Source: a virus. From it: DNA of 45,284 nt. The position numbers were made by a program, and so were the translations under genes. The notes under the pieces were generated by a model. The model saw nothing but the letters and a program-made list of their open reading frames with translations, was not told where the DNA came from and did not search any database. The number at the start of each line of letters is the position of its first letter. The first letter of the stretch is position 1. Below, one piece after another: positions 40,788 through 45,284 of the stretch. The stretch spans positions 1 to 45,284 of the IMG/VR virus record IMGVR_UViG_3300045988_113766; one strand, 5' to 3'.

Positions 40788-41159
40788 GTGCAGGGTGAAA
40801 GAGTCAAAGAGGTTCGCAAAGCTCAAAATATGACCTTAGAAGAATTTGGCAAACGTTTAAATGTCACTAAGGTAACTATGTCAAATATAGAAAGAGGACA
40901 TCGCGGTTTAACGGAAAGAATGTTAAAAGATATCTGCCGTGAGTTTAATGTAAATGAAGACTGGCTACGGACCGGAGCTGGTGGCCCTGAAAATATGTTT
41001 ATTCCGGAAGATATGCGGTACCTGAACACCGTTGGCAGACTGGGAAACGAGCAGAATGAGTTTAAGAAATTCTGTATTAACATGCTGATGGAGCTTCCGG
41101 ACAAATACTGGGATTACATTTATGAAGAATTCAAGAAATTTGAGAAAAAAGAAGAGTAG
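40788..41159 (+). CDS. CI-like XRE-family repressor
   Basis: 123 aa. GTG start behind GGAGGTG. HTH VRKAQNMTLEEFGKRLNVTKVTMSNIERG. Confidence 0.75.
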   Translation: MQGERVKEVRKAQNMTLEEFGKRLNVTKVTMSNIERGHRGLTERMLKDICREFNVNEDWLRTGAGGPENMFIPEDMRYLNTVGRLGNEQNEFKKFCINMLMELPDKYWDYIYEEFKKFEKKEE

Positions 41160-41206
41160 CCACTAAGGCTACTCCTTCCGAGGTTATCTGCAGATAAAAT
41201 TGTAGA

Positions 41207-41311
41207 TCATCTTTCCAGGAATCCGATAAGGAGATAATAGATCTCTTTTGCGCGGTTCCGGTTTCTTTCAAGTAATTTAATAATAAGTGTAATGTATTTT
41301 TCGTTTTCCAT
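41207..41311 (-). CDS. Possible 34-aa ORF with its own promoter and terminator
   Basis: GGAGGTACATACTC-ATG. MENEKYITLIIKLLERNRNRAKEIYYLLIGFLER*. Upstream TTGAAA, 17-nt spacer, TATATT. Downstream hairpin 41154..41174 followed by a U-tract in minus sense. Confidence 0.3.
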   Translation of the reverse strand: MENEKYITLIIKLLERNRNRAKEIYYLLIGFLER

Positions 41312-41494
41312 GAGTATGTACCTCCTGTGTCGAACATTCGTTTGTATTTAATATACAACAAGATTCTTTCGATTTCAAGAGGTGCTTTGTAGCATTTTCA
41401 TAATCATCCCTCCCTGTGTATATTATGACATTTTTTCCAAAAAAATCATGCATTTAGAGGGAATCGTCCAGCATTCTGGACACTTTTTTTGTTT

Positions 41495-41716
41495 TTACTT
41501 GTAATCCGACTCGAACAAGTCGGTAATCCGCACTTTTAGTGCTTTTGCAAGCAGCTCCATGTTTTCCATCGTTGGCGAATATACTTCGTTCATTATATTA
41601 TCTATTGTGGACTTGGATATTCCCGATCTGACAGAGAGCTGTCGGACTGAAATGTTTTTGCTATACATAATTTCGCTTAACAATATCTTCATAACCTTAT
41701 TTCTTTGCAAAAGCAT
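41495..41716 (-). CDS. XRE-family HTH protein
   Basis: 73 aa. HTH IMYSKNISVRQLSVRSGISKSTIDNIMN. Divergent from 41772..42101. Confidence 0.7.
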   Translation of the reverse strand: MLLQRNKVMKILLSEIMYSKNISVRQLSVRSGISKSTIDNIMNEVYSPTMENMELLAKALKVRITDLFESDYK

Positions 41717-41771
41717 TTCTATTATACTGGAAATTCATTCCACATCTTTTGATATTTAGGAGGTATTTAAA

Positions 41772-42101
41772 ATGGGACTTTTTGGCAATAGCGAATCCAA
41801 AGATGAGAAGAAAGCTCGTAAACAAGCTGAGGCAGAGGTAAAACAGCATGAAAAGGATCTTGCCATTCTTCGCAAATTTGGAATGGAAGGTTTAACTGAT
41901 TCCAGAGATATTGAATCCGTTAAAAATATATTAGCTGAATTAAACGGTACTGGTCTTATAGAGTTAGGTATTACCTTAGGTGCTGGAAATGACCGCGATA
42001 TTCAGAAAAACTTAATGTATTATCAGCGTGCAATCCTCGAACAGAATTTTATTATAATCCGTCAACTTGACAGAATTGCAAAAAATTTATCCGAAAAATA
42101 A
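41772..42101 (+). CDS. Hypothetical protein (lysogeny-side cargo)
   Basis: 109 aa. RBS TAGGAGGTATTTAAA. No motif recognised. Confidence 0.55.
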   Translation: MGLFGNSESKDEKKARKQAEAEVKQHEKDLAILRKFGMEGLTDSRDIESVKNILAELNGTGLIELGITLGAGNDRDIQKNLMYYQRAILEQNFIIIRQLDRIAKNLSEK

Positions 42102-42323
42102 AAGTTATCTGCATAGTAATACTTGTGATTCTCAATATACTGTAAGCAAATAACTTTATATAAAAACCGCCCCTGCTGGTAACAAGGACGGCTTTTCAAG
42201 AATCTTTGCAGTTGTGAATGCTCAATTCTTTCCTGGACAGTTAGAATTATAGCATATTTATTTACACCTGCAAAGGTGCATTTTTTATACCCTTTTTTAC
42301 ATAAAATATCACGGAGGTGTGCT

Positions 42324-43898
42324 ATGAGTCTTGAAAATGTATGTATCTATTTAAGAAAGTCCCGCGCTGATCGGGAGGCTGAAGCAAGAGGTGAAGGTGA
42401 AACCCTGGCTAGACACGAACGAATCCTTCTCGATCTGGCCAGAAGCCGTAATTATAATGTCGGTGCTATTTACAGGGAAATTGTTTCCGGAGAAACTATC
42501 TCTGCCCGACCGGTTATGCAGCAGCTTCTTCGAGAAGTCGAAGCTGGTTCGTGGGATGGCGTCCTGGTTGTAGAGGTAGAACGTCTGGCCAGAGGCGACA
42601 CAATTGATCAGGGTGTTGTATCCAGAGCTTTCCAGTTTTCTGATACAAAGATTATTACTCCAACAAAAACTTATGATCCTGATAACGAATTTGACGAAGA
42701 ATACTTTGAATTCGGTCTTTTCATGTCCAGGCGTGAATACAAAACTATCAAGCGGCGTTTAAATGCCGGAAGGATTTCTTCTGTCAAAGAAGGAAAGTAT
42801 TGCGGGTCCAAACCGCCTTACGGATACGAGCGTGTTAAACTGCATGGCGAAAAAGGTTTCACTCTCCAGCCGGTCCCGGAGCAGGCCGAAGTTATTAAAA
42901 TGATCTACTCCTTGTACTCCGGAGCATCCGGTGACCGAATCGGTGTTTCAAAGATTGTCCGAAAACTCAACGATATGGGGATCAAATCTCCTTCCGGAAA
43001 AGACTGGGTTCCGATCAGTGTCCAGGATGTTCTTGCAAATCCTGTGTACGCCGGAATGATCCGCTGGAATGGTCGAAAAACTGTCAGGGCTATTCAGGAT
43101 GGTATGGTCACGCAGTCGCGTCCACGATCTAAAGAGGATGATATACTCTTATTTCCCGGCCGGCATCCGGCAATCGTATCCAAAGAAATGTATGATTCCG
43201 TACAGCAGATCCGGAAGAAGAACCCTCCGCGTCCGATCAGTATTAAGAACACGATAAAAAATCCTCTTGCCGGAATTGTGTACTGCAGCAAATGTGGTCG
43301 CGCCATGGTTCGGCGGCCTTATCAGAAACGCGGTCAGGATGACACACTTATGTGTTCTTACACCTCCTGCCCTACTGTAAGTAGCAAATTGTCGCTTGTG
43401 GAAAGAGCTGTGTTAAATGGCATTCAGGATCTCGTTGACGAATACCGCCTGAATGCTGCTGTTCCCGGTCCGGATATTAACAACGCCGTTAAATCTAAAG
43501 AGAAATTAATTGCAGAGAAAGAGCATGAACTAGAGAAATTGAATGTACAGAAGATGAAGCAGTATGATCTGCTCGAACAGGGAATCTATACGACTGAGGT
43601 TTTTCTTGAACGATCTAACTCAATCGCATCCTCCATTAATTCCTGTCAGGATTCTATAGAATGTCTAAAAGAAGAAATCAGACATGACAAAGAGCTTATT
43701 GATCAGCAGTCCTCTTTCATTCCAAGATGTGAAAACCTGCTTGAAATCTACTGGAGTTTAGACACTGCCACAAAGAACAAGATGTTGAAAGAGTTGATCG
43801 AGAGGGTTAATTATACGAAGGATACCAAAAATGCTTTCCGCAAGGGGAATGAAGCCACCTTTGTTTTGGATATTTTCCCCAGAATTCAGTCAAATTAA
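42324..43898 (+). CDS. Large serine recombinase (integrase)
   Basis: Likely start ATG at 42324, behind GGAGGTG. N-terminal resolvase domain VCIYLRKSRADRE (catalytic Ser). Recombinase domain. Zinc ribbon CSKCGRAM...C.Y..C. C-terminal coiled coil. Confidence 0.88.
   Translation: MSLENVCIYLRKSRADREAEARGEGETLARHERILLDLARSRNYNVGAIYREIVSGETISARPVMQQLLREVEAGSWDGVLVVEVERLARGDTIDQGVVSRAFQFSDTKIITPTKTYDPDNEFDEEYFEFGLFMSRREYKTIKRRLNAGRISSVKEGKYCGSKPPYGYERVKLHGEKGFTLQPVPEQAEVIKMIYSLYSGASGDRIGVSKIVRKLNDMGIKSPSGKDWVPISVQDVLANPVYAGMIRWNGRKTVRAIQDGMVTQSRPRSKEDDILLFPGRHPAIVSKEMYDSVQQIRKKNPPRPISIKNTIKNPLAGIVYCSKCGRAMVRRPYQKRGQDDTLMCSYTSCPTVSSKLSLVERAVLNGIQDLVDEYRLNAAVPGPDINNAVKSKEKLIAEKEHELEKLNVQKMKQYDLLEQGIYTTEVFLERSNSIASSINSCQDSIECLKEEIRHDKELIDQQSSFIPRCENLLEIYWSLDTATKNKMLKELIERVNYTKDTKNAFRKGNEATFVLDIFPRIQSN
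42932..42946. repeat. Imperfect copy TGACCGAATCGGTGT (13/15)
   Basis: Inside the integrase gene. Confidence 0.6.
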
Positions 43899-43967
43899 TT
43901 AATGATAACATCTATGTACAAACGAATCAGCTCATAGCTGTTGTCATTTTAATTATGCAATAAAGCT

Positions 43968-43997
43968 TTGACAATACCGCACAATGTGTGGTATTGT
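43968..43997 (+). promoter_or_regulatory. Promoter with an overlapping 13-bp inverted repeat (autoregulatory operator candidate)
   Basis: TTGACA (43968..43973), an 18-nt spacer, then TATTGT (43992..43997). Inverted repeat ACAATACCGCACA / TGTGTGGTATTGT (43971..43997, one mismatch). Confidence 0.5.
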
Positions 43998-44021
43998 TTC
44001 AATATGAAGGAGGTAACAATT

Positions 44022-44438
44022 GTGAATATTACAGAAATGAGAAATTATATAGGAGTCTCCAGAGCAGAGTTCTCCAGGCGCTATAACATTCCGCTCCGTA
44101 CACTTGAATCGTGGGAATCCGAAGTCCGAACTCCACCGGAATATGTTCTGCGATTATTGGAAGAATCTGTTAGAAGAACAGACATTGTAGAAGTAACATT
44201 CATGTATGACACGCTTCTGCAAGAAGATAAAATCCATCCATGGTCTAAAGATTTAGATGACCAATACGGAGCCGATCAAGCAGCGTATAAAACCGTGTTA
44301 AATATTGTCGATAGATTCCGGGAAAGGTATCCTAATTGTGAATGGGAGGATGAAGATATAGATTATATCGATGCGATAGAAGGCTTCGCTTCAGATTTCT
44401 TAATAAAGTCGTTGGGAAAAGGAGAGGGAAATGAGTAG
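44022..44438 (+). CDS. HTH protein (MqsA/HigA-like antitoxin-type HTH N-terminus, acidic C-terminal half)
   Basis: Likely GTG start at 44022, behind GAAGGAGG. ITEMRNYIGVSRAEFSRRYNIPLRTLESWESEVRTPPEYVLRLLE. Confidence 0.6.
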   Translation: MNITEMRNYIGVSRAEFSRRYNIPLRTLESWESEVRTPPEYVLRLLEESVRRTDIVEVTFMYDTLLQEDKIHPWSKDLDDQYGADQAAYKTVLNIVDRFRERYPNCEWEDEDIDYIDAIEGFASDFLIKSLGKGEGNE

Positions 44439-45132
44439 AGAACGAGGTGCTGGATACATTCCGGATAAAAGCAATTTAATGTCAAGCACTCTGGTTATGT
44501 TGAATTTTTTCAGGGACTGCGAGAAATCATTCTCTCGCTTTTCAGCTTTTTTAGAATCGAATTATAATATAAAATCCGCAAACACTGTTCGAATGACTCT
44601 GGTTACACTGTGCAAATGGAAGTTATTGCGTGAAACGGATTTCAAAACTTACTCGCTCACAGATGCAGGCATCAATCTGTTAAATACGCCCTCCGAAATT
44701 TCACTGGGCAAACATATACAAGCCTGTACACTTTATTTCGCAGAGATTTTGCAAGAATTAGAAATAGAAGCAGGGGTGCTAACCGGATCAGCACTAAAAC
44801 AGGCGGCAAACCAGAAATACAGTATGTCGTTCAAGTCGAGCAGCGACTTATCATGTCGCACGCAATATTTAAGGGGGTTAGGTTTTATTGAGAGAAACTC
44901 GAAGAGATATAGAATAACTTCAAAAGGAAAAGATTTCTTGCAGTTACTAAGAGATGAAAGCTTACTTTCAGAGTGCAATAACAAAAAATCATATAAAGAA
45001 CCAGAATCAAATAATCACATCAGCCTTGAGTTGCCCAACAGCTTTTTGAAGAAATGTAAAAGGCGAAATTTATCACCAGAATTTGTGTTATATAAACTTA
45101 TGGCGCACTACGCAGACAATGAATTGTTTTAG
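44431..45132 (+). CDS. Unknown 233-aa protein with two winged-helix-like segments (moron; candidate defence or exclusion effector)
   Basis: Overlaps the upstream gene by 8 nt (an operon). AT-rich codon usage. YSLTDAGINLL and YRITSKGKDFLQLL resemble wHTH recognition regions. Terminator downstream. Confidence 0.55.
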   Translation: MSRERGAGYIPDKSNLMSSTLVMLNFFRDCEKSFSRFSAFLESNYNIKSANTVRMTLVTLCKWKLLRETDFKTYSLTDAGINLLNTPSEISLGKHIQACTLYFAEILQELEIEAGVLTGSALKQAANQKYSMSFKSSSDLSCRTQYLRGLGFIERNSKRYRITSKGKDFLQLLRDESLLSECNNKKSYKEPESNNHISLELPNSFLKKCKRRNLSPEFVLYKLMAHYADNELF

Positions 45133-45146
45133 AAGGTTTATTCAAA

Positions 45147-45178
45147 AGGAACTCTGTAACATAGAGTTCCTTTTTTTA
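45147..45178. terminator. Bidirectional rho-independent terminator between convergent genes
   Basis: Stem AGGAACTCT / AGAGTTCCT (9 bp, 7-nt loop). It is followed by TTTTTTTATT on the plus strand and by TTTTG on the minus strand. It lies between the stop at 45132 (+) and the endolysin stop at 45184 (-). Confidence 0.75.
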
Positions 45179-45183
45179 TTCCT

Positions 45184-45284
45184 TTAGATTGCAATCAGGT
45201 CTTTCCATGTGGCAGGTCCGCATATTCCGTCCACTTCCAAAACTTCTTTTCTGGATTCCTGATAAGCTTTCAGAGCGTAAATCG
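45184..45284 (-). CDS. C-terminal end of the same endolysin (PG_binding_1 tail ...EVDGICGPATWKDLIAI*)
   Basis: The reverse-strand frame continues exactly across the circular junction. Stop TAA at 45184..45186. The DGICGP.TW motif is typical of peptidoglycan-binding domain 1. Confidence 0.8.
   Translation of the reverse strand, partial: IYALKAYQESRKEVLEVDGICGPATWKDLIAI
45230..45284. repeat. Terminal direct repeat, copy 2 (identical to 1..55)
   Basis: Exact 55/55 match to the window start, read by eye. Confidence 0.95.

Larger units (their letters stand above)
1..45284. mobile_element. Complete temperate phage genome, circular assembly (unique length 45,229 bp). Contractile Xkd/PBSX-like tail, HK97-type head.
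   Basis: Full lysis, tail, head, packaging, replication and lysogeny modules are present. The terminal 55 bp duplicate the first 55 bp. One gene is split across the window ends. Confidence 0.9.

Noticed and set aside
43968-44021. The ORF-track start (TTG at 43968) extending the HTH gene by 18 codons
   Set aside because: The TTG is the -35 hexamer of a good promoter. A strong RBS (GAAGGAGG) precedes GTG at 44022, which gives a sensible HTH N-terminus.
45230-45284. The terminal 55-bp direct repeat as attL/attR cores or a physical terminal repeat of the phage
   Set aside because: The repeat falls in the middle of the endolysin coding sequence, which reads through the junction in frame. A 55-bp exact overlap is what assemblers leave on circular contigs. 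Serine-integrase att sites would not lie there.

Overview
The window is a complete temperate phage genome assembled as a circle. The last 55 bp (45230..45284) are identical to the first 55 bp, so the unique length is 45,229 bp, and the endolysin gene is split across the window edges. All calls come from reading the translations and DNA by eye; no homology search was run.

Layout on the minus strand, from high to low coordinates:
- Cro-like regulator (40.3 kb).
- Early and replication genes: HUH Rep-like initiator, RNase H-like protein, ParA, ParB-like protein.
- A sigma-region-4-like putative late activator (30.8 kb), followed by a small tRNA cluster.
- HNH endonuclease, TerS, TerL, portal, ClpP-like protease, HK97-type capsid and head-tail connectors.
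- A PBSX/Xkd-like contractile tail: sheath, tube, chaperone with a -1 frameshift site, tape measure, LysM protein, hub with CHAP domain, baseplate.
- A long mosaic fibre region, then a DGR cassette, holin and endolysin.

The plus strand carries the lysogeny side: a CI-like repressor, a large serine recombinase, small hydrophobic peptides and a two-gene moron next to the integrase.

Most notable observations:
1. A radical SAM/SPASM enzyme sits inside the tail-fibre module next to an extraordinarily cysteine-rich protein. That protein has Cys at every 4th residue, about 68 Cys in total, and its frame is interrupted by one in-frame TAG. I read this as a candidate phage-encoded maturase/substrate pair acting on a virion protein.
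2. A textbook complete DGR (target-VR / Avd / TR / RT). All 17 of 17 TR-VR mismatches fall at TR adenines.
3. A 15-bp perfect palindrome, TGACCGAWTCGGTCA, recurs at least 6 times across the genome. It is a candidate parS-like or regulator site.
4. An integrase, ParAB and a rolling-circle Rep coexist in one phage.

The host is probably a Gram-positive anaerobe (Clostridia-like). This is inferred only from GGAGG ribosome-binding sites, the Xkd-like tail and the GH25/CHAP lysin.
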